64,000 nucleotides of DNA from Eledone cirrhosa (taxonomy: Eukaryota): assembly GCA_964016885.1 (NCBI GenBank), contig OZ024743.1, forward strand, positions 68,262,001 to 68,326,000, given 5' to 3'. Positions 38,790 through 54,456 of the stretch are shown here, piece by piece. Position 1 is the first letter of the stretch, and the number at the start of each line of letters is the position of its first letter. The notes under the pieces are model-generated. The model was not told the DNA's origin and searched no databases. It saw only the letters and a program-made list of their open reading frames with translations. The translations under genes were made by a program, and so were the position numbers.

Positions 38790-38862
38790 TATACCTTCCT
38801 GCCAGATTGTTGAAGTATATAATTACTTTATTCATATTAATATATATATATATATATATATA

Positions 38863-39190
38863 TGTAGATAAATCTACCAAAAGTTCACGGTAGTGTCCAA
38901 TCCGTATGAAGAACTCAATGTAATCCGGATATCATGAAAAGAAGAGATGCATTCAAAAATCACTTTCGGTGAAAGATAAACGGAATACAGAGTCAAGATA
39001 AATTATTAAAAAAATAATGAATAAACAAAGAAACAGTTCCTTATATTAAACAAAAAACGTTCATTATTTTACGATCGTTTCTAGGACATATATGTGTAGA
39101 ATTGGTATGCATATTCAAAAGATCTATGTACAAAATTATACAAACTATCAGAGAGAATATACATACCTTCACATATATATGCTGCCTTCA
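38863..39190 (-). mobile_element. Truncated copy of the element at 62566-62915 (hammerhead core cut off)
   Basis: Aligns with 62566-62905. Retains GAAA-CGATCG-TA-AAATAAT on the minus strand and ends in (TA)n inside CTGAAG. Confidence 0.75.
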
Positions 39191-39477
39191 TATATATATA
39201 TATATGTATAATGAAGAATACCCAGGTTTTCAAATTAAATCCATTTTTAATATTAACAACTTTTCTATACAGTTGATAAGCTTACATACATATTCCACCC
39301 ACGAATATATGAAGTATGACTAATTAAGAATTGTTTACGCACCACACAAAATCTTGAATATCATCAGGATTAACAAAAGGGATTGAATTTAACAAAAAAC
39401 ACAATATTGTTATTATCAAATGTTGAATATAGGCAAGCACAGGCGAGGTAAGGTAGCTGTACAATTTGGTAAATATC

Positions 39478-39573
39478 TTCTTCTTCTTCTTCTTCTTCTT
39501 CTTCTTCTTCTTCTTCTTCTTCTTCTTCTTCTTCTTCTTCTTCTTCTTCTTCTTCTTCTTCTTCTTCTTCTTC
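39478..39573. repeat. (CTT)n microsatellite
   Basis: Direct reading of the sequence. Confidence 0.97.
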
Positions 39574-39983
39574 GTAGCAGTAAGACTAGCATACTAGAGC
39601 AGCAGCAATAGTAGCAGCAACGACAGCAACAGCAGCTGCTGCTGCTGCCTCGAACGAGAGTAAGGCCCTGGTAGGATGATCTGGCGGCAGGGGGAAGACA
39701 TATCCATACCAGTGCATGTGGCAGATTTATATAAGGCGGGTGGTGCAATAAAACAGAGTTTAAAAATTGTCATTCTTCTTCGATGCTTTCACCTACTAAA
39801 TTTCAATCCAAATCAATGGTGAACCTCAACCCAAGGCCAAAGACGGTGACACATGCCATAGAGTCAAAGAAATTGGACTAAACCCGAAAGCATGTGGTAT
39901 CAGACCTCTTAAACACAGTTGTCTTAGCTACACCAACATAGAAATGGGATCATCAAATTATGAAATTTTAAATAATATAACAA

Positions 39984-40160
39984 CTGTTTCTACTTTTGGC
40001 ACAAGGTCAACAATTATCCCAGTGCATTACTGGTACTTTATTTTATCGACCCTGTAAGGATGAAAGGCAAAGTTAACCTCGGCAGGATTTGAATTCAGAC
40101 CGTAAAGGGACGTAACTATGCCGGAAAGCATGGTGTCCCACCCGCTACCGATACTGCCAA
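39984..40160 (-). mobile_element. tRNA-derived SINE (main family)
   Basis: Reverse complement of the 8656-8833 consensus. Confidence 0.82.
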
Positions 40161-40597
40161 TAATAATAATAATAAAATGATCATTCAGTATAAAGGTCGT
40201 GTTGACATTCGGAAGAATATTCAATATGACGTGGTTGAAACAACTTTTAAGTATTATAAACTGCCTGAAATAAATACAGCTTTTAAGTACGAAATGCTTG
40301 TCGGAATTATATCGTATTAAGACACGCTTGACATAGCTAACCACCCCGCTTTAGGCAGCTATTCTATTTTACTTATTGTCTTCCTACTAGCTGAAAACTT
40401 CCGGAGGCTGCCATCTTTGTAGAAGCTACTCCAGTTTCTTTGAGAATTCCGAATATCCAGAGCAACAAAAAGAATTAATACAACATGGAATGGATTTTTT
40501 GAGTACACATACAAACACGTACGTGCATATACCCAAATATGTATAGATACACGCACACCCGAATATATATATATACATATGTATACACAAACACAGC

Positions 40598-40653
<56 letters not shown>

Positions 40654-41291
40654 AATATATATATATATATTTGTATTTATATAAATATATATATATATAT
40701 TTGTATGGATGTTTGGATGTATATGTATCTATATATATGTGTGCGTGCACCTATACACAGACGACAAGACCACATACTCGCCCTCTCTCTCTATCTCTAT
40801 CTCTATCTCTCTCTTTGTATATATATATATATATAGAGAGAGAGAGAAAGAGACATACATACATGCAGGCAGAGAGAGATACAAACATACCTTCATATAT
40901 ACATTCATATATGCATACATACACACATGCATATCTACATTTATACATACATACATATCTACATATATACATACATACTTACATAAATATCTACATATAT
41001 ACATACATATATACATATATACATACATCCTTACATACATATCTACATGTATACATACATGTCTACATATATACATACATAGATACATAAATATCTACAT
41101 ATATACATACATACATATATACATATATACCTATATACATATATACTTACATAAATATCTACATATTTACAGACATATCTACATATATACATAGATACAT
41201 AAATATTTACATATATACATATATACATAGATACATAAATATCTACATATATACATACATACATACATACATACATACATACATACATACA

Positions 41292-41322
<31 letters not shown>

Positions 41323-41638
41323 CTACGTATATACATACAAATCAAGGAAAAATGTAGAAAGAAGGAAAGGCTGAGAGTCAGAAAAAAGATTAAGTCAGAT
41401 TTCTTAAAATCTACAGATATGCTTTTGGTTTTTCATGATGGCGTATTTGTGTAAAATGTGAGCTTGTTTAGCTGTAGCGCTGCATCACAAGCAATCTTTG
41501 ACTTCTCTTCAATTTACTATTGCTCTTTTGTAAAATTCCATCCTATTTTCTTATGAAGCACAAACACGCATTTATATATGTATATATGTATATATGTAGA
41601 TATATATATATATATGTATATATATATATGTATGTATG

Positions 41639-41693
<55 letters not shown>

Positions 41694-41895
41694 GTATGTA
41701 TACATGTATATATATATATATCAATGTATATTTATGCATATAAGTATATATTTATGTGTGTGTGTGTAGATATATATATATATATATATACATATATATG
41801 TATATGTATATAAGTATATATATATATATATATATGTATAAATATATATATCTATATGTATAAATAAATAAATAAATATATATATATATATATAA

Positions 41896-42183
41896 ATTCA
41901 AAATATTAACAAAATAGATATTCTTGTGATCAAGTATATTTTATTATACATATTTCAAGGTACTCAGTTAATTTCAACAGTACGTCCTCATCAGATAAAA
42001 TAAGATGATGCATGACATACCCTGACATAGTAGATGGTTAAGATTCAGTCATGGTAGACTACCATATCTATTTTGTTAATATTTTGAATTAATATTAATA
42101 ACTCCGGAAAACCATCCAGTTGTGTGCTTCCAATCTATTGTAAAACTCATTCTTTGATTTATTCATTGAACATAGTTTAACCT
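41896..42183. mobile_element. Fold-back element with 26-bp inverted termini, right tail and internal hammerhead
   Basis: ATTCAAAATATTAACAAAATAGATAT (41896) / ATATCTATTTTGTTAATATTTTGAAT (~42065). (TA)n flanks. Confidence 0.7.
41937..42002 (-). ncRNA. Type I hammerhead ribozyme
   Basis: Minus strand: TATTTTAT-CTGATGA-GGAC GTACT GTTG AAAT TAAC TG AGTAC CTT-GAAA-TATGTA-TA-ATAAAATA, with an 8-bp perfect stem I. Confidence 0.82.
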
Positions 42184-42197
42184 TTAAATATATATAT

Positions 42198-42228
<31 letters not shown>

Positions 42229-42229
<1 letters not shown>

Positions 42230-42413
42230 GAACCAGTAAGACTCCGACGGCTGAGCTCAAGCCGTTTCGACGACTAATTCTCTGAATTAGCCGTCGAAAC
42301 GGCTTGAGCTCAGCCGTCGGGGTCTTACTGGTTCCTATTACCCACTCTACTACCCCAAGTATTGAGTACTTTGGTGCGTTATGGTCCACCTGGTTCCTTA
42401 CCACATTTCCTTC

Positions 42414-42416
<3 letters not shown>
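42229..42416 (+). mobile_element. Family K hairpin-plus-tail copy
   Basis: Palindrome at 42230-42334, then the TATTACCCACTCTACTACCCC tail. Confidence 0.8.
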
Positions 42417-42445
<29 letters not shown>

Positions 42446-42629
42446 GATAGATAATTTAATATATCTACTAACATAAGCACACAGATGTACGCCAATGCCA
42501 GCAAATACACAGGTTATGTCATAGTACCTAGGTGGTTCGATGCAGGAGAATGCAGAACAATAATATAAAAGACGTAAAATAAGAACATTTTTTTTTTTAA
42601 ATGTTTAAAAAAAAATTAACTTACTTACT

Positions 42630-42661
<32 letters not shown>

Positions 42662-44129
42662 TATGTGTGTATATATATATATATATGAAAAGTGGGTATG
42701 TTTCGAAAGCCCTGTAATGCAAGTGGGTTAGATGTACATATACTTAAGTACATACAATGGTATATATATATATAAATGTGTGTTTGTGTGTGTGTGTGTG
42801 CGTGTGTGTCAGTGTGACTGCGTGTTTCAGCGGGTTTATTTTTGTGTGTTCGTGTGTGTCATTCTGTGTGTATGTGCTTGTGTGTTTTCTATGTATGTGT
42901 CTGTATGTGTGTGTGTATGTGTTTGTTTCTCTCTCTCCCTGCGTATACATGTGTGTGTGTCTGTGTGTTTGTTTCTGTGTGTGTGCATGTGTGTATCTAT
43001 GTATCTAGGTGTGTTTGTTTCAGTGTTCATGTGTATGTGAGTGTGTATACATGTGTGTGTATGTGTGTGGACGTGTGTGTGTACGTGTTTGCGTATGTGT
43101 ATGTGTGTGTGTGTGTGAACGTGTGTGTGTGTGATTGCTGATCTCTTGTTTTCTTTTTCAATTCTTCAGATTTTTATTTTTAGTTACTTCATTTTCTGTT
43201 TTTTCTAGAACTCCCAGAAAGATAAATCTAATGGATGTCAGTGGTGGTGGTGCTGATGATGGTGGCGGTGGTTGTGTTGGTGTTGGTGGTGTTGATGTTG
43301 TTGTTGGTGTTGCTGGTGGCAGTGGATGCGGTGGTGTTGTTGTTGTTGTTGGTGGTGGTGGTGGAGTTGGTGGGGGTAGTGGTGTTGTTGTTGTTGTTGG
43401 TGGTGGTGTTGGTGTTGAAACAGGTAGTTCTACTGTTACTACTCGTGCTAGTGGAGGTAATGGTACTGATGTTTGTCATAGTTGTTATGATAAAGATGTT
43501 TAGTGATGATGGAGTCGTTGATGATGAGTAATGTGGTGTTGGTGTCGCAGAAAGAATCGATGAAATCATGCAAAATTTCGGTTTACCGACGAATTAAATG
43601 TCCCTAATGATTTCTTGCCAAATCTATTTTACCAAAATGGATTCCTTTACTGTAAACAGCCTGTTTCTCTCCCATCCCTTAATTCCAACTTTTCCCAAAC
43701 ATTCACTCCACTTACCGCAAAGGAAAATGCAACTTGTCTTAACCACAAAATTTCCCTCAGTTCTCGCTTACAATATGCATTGGTTTTTGTGTTGTGCCTC
43801 CGTCAGTTCTGACGACGAGTTGCTGTTATACAAACAATGGAACTGCCAGCTCGTGTTATTCCTTGCAAGTGTCTGATCATTCTATAGACTCATGTATGCT
43901 AAACATATAAATCTCTGAGTGGGATAACATTGGCATTTTCAATTACAGGCGGAACTCAATTTTTTGCCAACTATGTTGAGCACCGAGGCATAATGTGACT
44001 TCATCATAAACACAACATGTATGTATGCGGGCAGGGGGTATTTTCAAATATATACATATATATGGGCAAATACATATCAACACATACAGACCCCCCCCCC
44101 CCCCATATATATATATATATACAACATGT

Positions 44130-44262
44130 GAAGGCGCAAGGCTTAGTGGTTAAAGCATTGGGCTTGCAAAGGAAAGGTTGTGAGTTCAATCCTCTGACCG
44201 GGTGATGTGTTGTTTCTTTGAGCAAGACATTTTATTTCACGTTACTCCAGTTTACTCCAGTG
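44130..44262 (+). mobile_element. tRNA-derived SINE head (second family)
   Basis: Box-A-like GGCTTAGTGG, box-B-like GAGTTCAATCC, then TTGAGCAAGACATTTTATTTCAC. An inverted copy lies at ~60805-60917. Confidence 0.7.
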
Positions 44263-44756
44263 GGACGGCGTTATCTTATGGCTAAAACAGCATGACGTTA
44301 TGTGACCAGCGGCGCCGATTGGCGCCCGACAGACTGGTCGGTCAAGGTGATCAAGGTGATATATCACGTATAAAACAATCACATTTTTGTTTAATGCATT
44401 TAATTGCTGACGATCTTTTCTTCCAGACAAATGTCTGGTATCATCGGAGTATTTACGATGTTAAAACAAGTAATTCCATTTATTGTCTTTAGAACATTCA
44501 TTAAGATACATTATAATTATCAGTGTCAGGGACAACATAATGAAGAGTTAAGGAGAACAAAATTATATTACACTGAAAATATAGTAAAATATTGAAAGGT
44601 GTTATAAAGAGCGTATTACTTAATGTCTCTATTACTTATTTCTGCTCTGTAATATATCTGATATTTTACATTGAGCTAATTTGCTTACTGGTAATTGGGT
44701 AATACAAAATATTATCCATTTTTAATTTATAATTTTTATATATATTAGCTATATGA

Positions 44757-44840
<84 letters not shown>

Positions 44841-45727
44841 GAGTTGTTTTGTACGTAAATATGATTTCATTTCAGACTCACTTCCAATTCAATATCAAAC
44901 ACTATTCATTATTTTGTATGCCGATGTTAACTTTGCCTTTCATCCTTATGGGGTCGATAAAATAAAGTACCAGTAATGTACTGGGTAATTGCTGGCCTTG
45001 TGCCTAAAAATAGAAACAATTATTTTGTATGCAATAATTCGTTTCACTATTTTTCCATCCAAAAGTATTATCAAACATACTAACTTGTATTAGATTTATT
45101 TTCTAATAATTCCTGAATAAATCCAAGTATACCCACACTATAATCATTGAAACCAGTAATTGAGTAAAATAACAATTTGAAATATGTATTATTCCTTTCA
45201 AAGTACACAACACTTTGCACAATTAAAACAACTTTCGAATCTCTAACGACTAATTTTCAAATGTCTAAAAAACATAAAATTTTACCCTGTCAATTAATTT
45301 ATGAAATATTTGCACTAAGTTTATGCGCCCCAATACTATTTTTCTATGTAAAACTTTGCCTGTTTAGCATATTAATACTCCAACCTTGTTTTCTCTTATC
45401 CCTCTCTATTGATATCCAGGAATTCATACCTATAATTATAATTGTAAGATAACAAAGAAAGGTAATACTACGATATTATTTGCATTAAAAGAAGATGACA
45501 AACAAGAGAAAAATTATGTTGGATAATGGATATGCAGCAAAGAACGAGTTTGGCTCAGCAAACTACGATATTTACACATACGCACAGGTAAATATATCAA
45601 TAAAGTACACATATTTACCAACAGGTATAGTTATACAGTTATACATATTATCATCACGCTTTGTATACAGGCATTTATATATAAGTTCCCCCGCACCATC
45701 ATACACTATAAACGCACACGCACACAT

Positions 45728-45758
<31 letters not shown>

Positions 45759-45759
45759 C

Positions 45760-45856
<97 letters not shown>

Positions 45857-45886
45857 TATATACATATATATATACATATATATATA

Positions 45887-45966
<80 letters not shown>

Positions 45967-46624
45967 TTACATAAATGCATATATACGCATATGTATATAT
46001 ATATACATATAGTAACAAAGTGATACTAAAGGGGATGTAGTTTGGCATGTGACAGTAAATCAGCGCCATAACCATTAAAAAATATTGAACAGGTTAGCTT
46101 AAGTTTTACATTATATAGCCTTTGTTGTTGTCTTTATTGTTTAGTCAACTTACTTATCTTTTTTCCGTTTCTCCTTAAATTTTACCTTCATTTTGATTGC
46201 CATTTTCCATTTACCTATTTAATGGACGCCACAAATGATTCTATCAATACGACCGTATATTCATAAAGTAATGTCGGCCATTTTTAAATTGTTTTATCGC
46301 GCTTACTTTGTAGAAATTGTGTTTCTTTACTTGTCGTGCTTTATAGTGAAACATTATGCCGTAATAAGACTGGTTATCAGCTAACTATGGTTAAGTAGTT
46401 AGGCTACAGTTATAAACTTCACGCCATTTGTTTGGTTTAATTCTAATTTTTATTTTTCGTATTTTTATTGCACTTTAAGAAGATTACGTTTTTAAAGTAA
46501 AATGTATGCGGAAGAAAACAAAACATGTGAAATGATGGCAGAAGACGGACGATAAGATGAGAAAGAGAGTAGGAATGCGAGATTGGGTGAGGAAAAGAGA
46601 AGAAAATCACACCCGTTCATAAGC

Positions 46625-46756
<132 letters not shown>

Positions 46757-47735
46757 GGAGAGAAAGATAGATAGATAGATATGGCACTGGAGAATAGAGC
46801 AATAGGTATTTAAAAATATACGCATTGCTGGTATGAAACCCAGGATGCACCAATGGACAACATAGACTCTATATACTAACACGACGCCATGCTAAAATCT
46901 GTAAACCCTCCTAAATAAATCACTACATAATAATATACATTACATCACGATAATACAACACTACACTAAACGAGACAACGGTCACACCAATATGCACCTA
47001 CATAAAATGTTGCAAGTATAAACAGGGGACAAAGATGAATACCATGTGGCAACTATACACTTTACTACACCATACTATAGAACATTACATAAGACACCAC
47101 AATACTATAGAGCGCTAAACAACACTGCTTAACAGATAACAGTACTATACAATGCTGCAAAACCTTATATATTCCACTGAACCCAATACCTCGGAACATT
47201 GCACGCCAATATACACAGCACACCACTACCGGAGAATTTTATCGCTAAACTCCGACGTTTGCAGCCTGCGTATCAGCATGAGATATTTTTCTCCACAAAG
47301 TTCGATCACCAGCAGCAGAGTTTAAAGGGCAAAGATCAAATCCAGTCCATAAGGTGACATTATCCAGCCATCATTTTGGCTGCAAGCCTCTGCTTCTCCT
47401 ACCAGCCAACATTTCTTCCAGGCATAAGCTACTCACACCACGAGTTCATCTTTTTATATGACGATATAGTTTGAGTACTCTTGACTTGACAACAATATAC
47501 AACACAACAGAACTCTACAAATATTTAGACAACACTGTACACTACAAATATTTAGACAACACTGTACATAATTACACAATACTAGATAACATTACACTTC
47601 ATTAGACCACAGAAAAACACAACTCCACAGTTCTATAAAACAATAGCCGAGGCAACACAATACTAGAAAACGCATCATACCAATATACCGCCGTATATAT
47701 TGCCACAAAACCACATACAATGAACCAATGGACGC

Positions 47736-47899
47736 CAGTAGAGCGTTAGACGCCATGCTTTCCAGCATAGAGTCCCTTTGCGGTCTGAGTTCAAATCCTA
47801 CCGAGATTAACTTCGCCTTTCATCGTTACGGGGTCGATAAAATAGAGTACCAGTAATGCTCTGGGATAATTGCTGGCCTTCTTCCAAACATAGAAACAA
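47736..47899 (+). mobile_element. tRNA-derived SINE (main family)
   Basis: GACGCCATGCTTTCCAGCATAG...GAGTTCAAATCC...GGGGTCGATAAAATA...TAGAAACA. Confidence 0.8.
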
Positions 47900-47919
47900 T
47901 TATATTACACCGAAAACTA

Positions 47920-48630
47920 CAAAAAAACACTACAGAAAACTGCACCACATTATAATATTATATTCCACACTACACTACAAGACACAGCAGGATACTACAT
48001 CTCAATATTGAACACTACACAACATTACACTTCACTAAACCACAATACACTAAACCTACATAACAGTACACTATACTATGCTACACCAAACTACAAAAAA
48101 TAACATAAAATTAATCAACATTACAGAACACTACACCACACCGCACTACACTACAGCACACTAAACCACACAACACTCCACCACACTACACTACACCATA
48201 CTACACTAAAGAAAATTACACAACACTACACCACATTACGCCACACTAGACCTCACCACACTACACTACAGCACTCTACACCACACTAAACCACACTACA
48301 CCACACTACATCACACAACACTACACTACACTAAACCACACTACACTACAGTACCCTACACTACACCACACTACATTACACTACACGACACTGCACTAAA
48401 CAAAACTATACAATCACTACACCACACTACACCACAACACACTACACCACACTACACAACATAAACTATACTACACTAAGCTACACAAAATAATATGAAA
48501 CTAACCAAAACAACACCACACTACACGACACTAAACTACACTACAACATACTACACCACACTACACCACACTACACCACACTACACTGCACCAAACAACA
48601 CCACATCTCACCACACACCACACTATACTG
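47920..48630. repeat. Degenerate pentamer satellite (ACACT/ACACC)n
   Basis: Recurrent CACTA/CACCA units. Confidence 0.85.
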
Positions 48631-48889
48631 TGGAACATTAAACTAAACTATATAACACATGACAATATGCTACAGCACCACATATAAATATATAACACTG
48701 CTATTGCTGCTACAACTACTACTGCTACTACTCCTTCTACTGCTACAACTACTACTCCTACTACTGCTTCTACTGCTACAACTACTACTCCTACTACTGC
48801 TGCTACTACTGCTACTTCTGCTAGTGCTCCTATAGTTGTTGGTGCAATACCTGCTGCTCTTGGAGTAGCGTATAGTAATAATCATATCG

Positions 48890-49547
48890 CCACCACCGAC
48901 GCCACCACCACTCTCACTACCACCGACGCCACCACCACTCTCACTACCACCGTCGCCACCACCACTCTCACTACCACCGTCGCCACCACCACTCTCACTA
49001 CCACCGACGCCACCACCACTCTCACTACCACCGACGCCACCACCACTCTCACTACCACCGACGCCACCACCACTCTCACTACCACCGACGCCACCACCAC
49101 TCTCACTACCACCGTCGCCACCACTCTCACTACTACCGACGCCACCACCACTCTCACTACCACCGACGCCACCACCACTCTCACTACCACCGTCGCCACC
49201 ACTCTCACTACTACCGACGCCACCACCACTCTCACTACCACCGACGCCACCACCACTCTCACTACCACCGTCGCCACCACTCTCACTACTACCGACGCCA
49301 CCACCACTCTCACTACTACCGACGCCACCACCACTCTCACTACCACCGACGCCACCACCACTCTCACTACCACCGACACCACCACCACTCTCACTACTAC
49401 CGACGCCACCACCACTCTCACTACCACCGACGCCACCACCACTCTCACTACCACCGACGCCACCACCACTCTCACTACCACCGACGCCACCACCACTCTC
49501 ACTACTACCGACGCCACCACCACTCTCACTACCACCCTCGCCACCAC
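48890..49547. repeat. 27-bp minisatellite (CCACCACTCTCACTACCACCGACGCCA)n
   Basis: Regular units with occasional 24-bp variants. It produces the GGSESGGGV pseudo-ORF. Confidence 0.95.
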
Positions 49548-49644
49548 TTCTAACTATGTTTCCAAAAACAACAACAATAGCAACAAACACAAAATTATCA
49601 ACAATGCTAACAAGAAACGGCGATATGTATGCATCTAAAACTAC

Positions 49645-49701
<57 letters not shown>

Positions 49702-49728
49702 TCTAAAACTATATACATACACATATAC

Positions 49729-49785
<57 letters not shown>

Positions 49786-49789
49786 TCCA

Positions 49790-49829
<40 letters not shown>

Positions 49830-49867
49830 TCCAAGACTATATATATATATATTTATATGCATCTAAA

Positions 49868-49903
<36 letters not shown>

Positions 49904-49908
49904 TCTAA

Positions 49909-49971
<63 letters not shown>

Positions 49972-49989
49972 TTTAGATGCATATAAATA

Positions 49990-50023
<34 letters not shown>

Positions 50024-50034
50024 GTCTTGGATGC

Positions 50035-50084
<50 letters not shown>

Positions 50085-50111
50085 GTATATGTGTATGTAT
50101 ATAGTTTTAGA

Positions 50112-50220
<109 letters not shown>

Positions 50221-50543
50221 GTAGTTTTAGATGCATACATATCGCCGTTTCTTGTTAGCATTGTTGATAATTTTGTGTTTGTTGCTATTGTTGTTGTTTT
50301 TGGAAACATAGTTAGAAGTGGTGGCGACGGTGGTAGTGAGAGTGGTGGTGGCGGCGGTGGTAGTGAGAGTGGTGGTGGCGTCGGTAGTAGTGAGAGTGGT
50401 GGTGGCGATATGATTATTACTATACGCTACTCCAAGAGCAGCAGGTATTGCACTAACAACTATAGCACATATACAAATGTATAAATATATATATATATAT
50501 ATATATATACTACATATGTAAGGGGGGGGGGTTGTGTGAGAAA

Positions 50544-50590
<47 letters not shown>

Positions 50591-50621
50591 TTTATATATA
50601 TGCATGTATATATATATGTGA

Positions 50622-50676
<55 letters not shown>

Positions 50677-51444
50677 CACTCACACAACTGTATCAATTAC
50701 AGAAAGAGTAGCCCGAAGGCGCGAAGAAGTGCATCTGCTAGTTTACAAGTGCATTTGCCAAGGTATGCACATGGTTGCAAAAAAATATTTTGGGTCTTTC
50801 GTCATATTACTGGCACAGTGTTAGAGAAAAATAGGCGAAGGGAATTCTGATACATTTTCAGGTGCAAAATTCTATTAAGACACGCAAAGAAACACAAACA
50901 TGCAGGTACACACATTTACACATAACCACATACATGCAAACATATCGATATAGCTATACACTAAACACGTAGACTTATAAACTCGCATAAACGATAGAAC
51001 ATATATACGTTTCAGGGAAGACATCGTGAGTGTAGGCTCAACATTGAATCACGCACACTCGTTGCTATATAACAAAAGGTGTATATGTTAGTTACACCAG
51101 AGTAAAAATCATACGTTATATTTCTTTGCGTATTTCACTGAAACTACATGTTTCAGCGTAACGCTATATTAGCATTATCCATATTTCTACACAAATACAA
51201 GTACACACCGAGGCTGAAACACATGCAAGCCTACACAATAAAACACTAAACAAACAAACGAATAAACAAGTAAACATATTTCCCTTACAAATAAAAATAT
51301 AAATCACGTGCAACTAACTACTTTAATCAAAAATATCGTATAATTTCATACATACATAAATATATAAATATATGTGTGTGAGTGTGTATATGTGTGCGTG
51401 CCTGTGCGGGCCCCTGTGTATTTATCTATACATATACACACATG

Positions 51445-51577
<133 letters not shown>

Positions 51578-51994
51578 CATATTCATATATATATATACAT
51601 ACATACATAAATACACAAATATATATATATATGCACATACAAACATGTATCTTGTGTGAGTGTGTCGCTGTGTTTGTATATACGTGCGTGTTATTGTTTC
51701 CATATATATATAAAGATGACGTGTCGCTCTTAATGAGCTGTGTAGCAAAAATACATAAACTCCTAAAAAGAAAATTTTCACTGCACTCGGCGATGGAAAA
51801 TTCTGTTTACGTTGCACTCACTCACCAATCCATATTGCTTAGTCATTAATTTATCTATCTTTCTATCGGCGGTTTATCTTCATATTCAATATATCTACCT
51901 CTTTTGCTGTGTCTCCTATCCCTAGCTCTTTGTTTGTTTGCGTGTGTGTTTGCAGGTATTTCCCTGTATATGTACACACACACACACATATATA

Positions 51995-52358
51995 TAAGAA
52001 AGTGAGGGATTTTTTTGTTGTTTTTTTTACAAAATGAAAAATAACCGAGGTGTCCTTCACGAATGAAAGTATAAAGAAAAAAGATGAAATCGACAATGCA
52101 ACTGGAATCTTATTTAAAAAAATATATATATATTTATTTGGTTCCTTTACCGGTTTCGCAGTTCTTCTGCTTTTCAAAAGTAGAGTTGAGATGGTGGTCT
52201 GTGGTTTTTCTGACATCTGTGAGAAAAACCACAGACCCTTCATCTCAACTCTACTTTTGAAAAGCAGAAGAACTGCGAAACCGGTAAAGGAACCAAATAA
52301 ATATATATATATATTTGTTTAAATAAGACTCCAGTTGCATTTTCGATTTCATCTTTTT

Positions 52359-52362
<4 letters not shown>
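51995..52362. mobile_element. Fold-back element (~140-bp arms) carrying hammerhead 3' halves
   Basis: 52070-52210 is the reverse complement of 52222-52362. Each arm has GC-GAAA-CCGG-TA-AAGG. A diverged copy lies at ~3150-3270. Confidence 0.75.
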
Positions 52363-52404
<42 letters not shown>

Positions 52405-52716
52405 TATACCAAAAGCTTACAACGAAAGCAGACAGTATGCTTGATTTAGAAGTCACAGAAACCTCTCATTGTATTTTACCAACACTTCCCGGGAAGGTCC
52501 AGGTAATTATTTGTTAACCTGTTTAGCTTGTTCGTTTTTTCGACTACAGTGGCTGTTGACCTCACAACCACTGTTTTCATTTTGTCTGGCCTTTATAACA
52601 CATGTTACTTGTTCTGGTTTCATCTTAGTCCATTGGGCGGTCGCCGGAATATCTCGAAGATTGCGTTTCGTTTTGTTTTGGCCACCGCCGAAATACGATC
52701 TCGCTGAAATTATATT

Positions 52717-52789
<73 letters not shown>

Positions 52790-52791
<2 letters not shown>

Positions 52792-53036
52792 TTATGTGTA
52801 AGTATGTGACTTGTGTGTGTATATATATATATATGTGATATGTATATATGATATATATTTATTAAAATAACAGATTCAAGTTTAAGCAAAGAATCGCTGC
52901 TTTCACCCTTAACCGTTAAGGGTGTAAGAAGCGGTTCTTATATATTTGATATATTTATCCTTATCGTGCCCTCTTTGGATTTTAGTCTTCACATTTATTA
53001 TTATTCCTATATATATATAATACACACACACACACA

Positions 53037-53113
<77 letters not shown>

Positions 53114-53358
53114 GTGTGTGTGTGTGTATTATATATATATAGGAATAATAATAAATGTGAAGACTAAAATCCAAAGAGGGCACGATAAGGATAAATATAT
53201 CAAATATATAAGAACCGCTTCTTACACCCTTAACGGTTAAGGGTGAAAGCAGCGATTCTTTGCTTAAACTTGAATCTGTTATTTTAATAAATATATATCA
53301 TATATATATATCACATATATATATATATACACATACAAGTCACATACTTACACATAAA
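52790..53358. repeat. Near-perfect inverted duplication centred on (TA)n
   Basis: 52790-53039 mirrors 53112-53358, including non-element flanking sequence. Confidence 0.9.
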
Positions 53359-54223
53359 ACTACAAACACACACGTGTGTATGCGTATTTATGTATATAGG
53401 CATGTAGATGGGTAGGTAGATAGGTATGTAGGTAAATAGATTGGGTGGGGGATAGACAGACAGAAATAGGGGGAAGGAGAGATTAACAGAATGACAGAAA
53501 GCTAACTGATAGATAGATAGAGATAGACAAATAGATAGATATACATTACACAACCTGTACTGTCATCGAAATAGTGTAATATATTTCTATATAATACGAC
53601 ACCTTATATATATATGTACATATAGCAACATTCCCCTGAGTCATGACTATTTTCCGAACCTGCAGCCGTATGTACGCCACATTCTATTTGGTTATGTATT
53701 ATCTCTGGTCCAGTCAAAGTCCATTTTTCTCATATGAAAGAGACGGTAACTAGAACCCTCCTTGTTACTCGACAACATGGTTTAGTTGTTGCAATAACAG
53801 GTCATTCTCGGCACACTGCTAATCAATCAAATGCTCTGTAAAACGCCCCCACCCCCACCCCCCCCAAAAAAACATAAAGGCTATATATTTTACTCTATCA
53901 CATCCTACATTCACACATAACATCTACCTGTCTGATAATAGGATTTGTAAGATAAGATATATCTCCTTTTGCTGACACAAGTACATTCCGAAGAAAATAC
54001 TATACTTTCAGTGAACTCTGTACTTTAACGTAACTTAACATCTTTTCCTATGGCTAAAAATAAATATCTACTTTGCTGTTGTGTTGCCATGTTTGTCGTT
54101 ATTCTACCGATTGCAAAGATTTTGGAGAATCTCTTTCCGAAAGTCAATTCCAAATGAACAGATAAACGTACGACCAACTCAACTAACTCCTCTGCTAAAC
54201 ACCCACACACACACCCACACACC

Positions 54224-54319
<96 letters not shown>

Positions 54320-54345
54320 TTTCTCTCAGCCGTCAACAGCATACG

Positions 54346-54456
<111 letters not shown>

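Larger units (their letters stand above)
38048..38840 (-). mobile_element. Tandem ~1.8-mer retrozyme-like repeat (422-429-bp period), one hammerhead per unit
   Basis: AAATGAAACGAAATTTCATTT at 38061 and 38490; the units are near-identical. Confidence 0.85.

Noticed and set aside
39312-39372. Minus-strand CTGATGA...TAAA-CAATT..AATTAG-TC
   Set aside because: Stems I and II are not convincing, and GAAA is absent.
40359-41813. Many YI/HT/CV-repeat ORFs here and throughout the window
   Set aside because: They are stop-free translations of (TA)n, (CA)n and (TACA)n microsatellites.
43510-43990. Non-repetitive, exon-like stretch
   Set aside because: There is no long ORF and no recognisable protein motif in the frames examined. 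A host exon cannot be excluded without RNA data.
48670-49830. 386-aa Gly/Ser-rich ORF (GGSESGGGV repeats)
   Set aside because: It is the translation of a 27-bp minisatellite and flanking (TA)n and (CTA)n. It starts inside a microsatellite and shows no evidence of being a gene.
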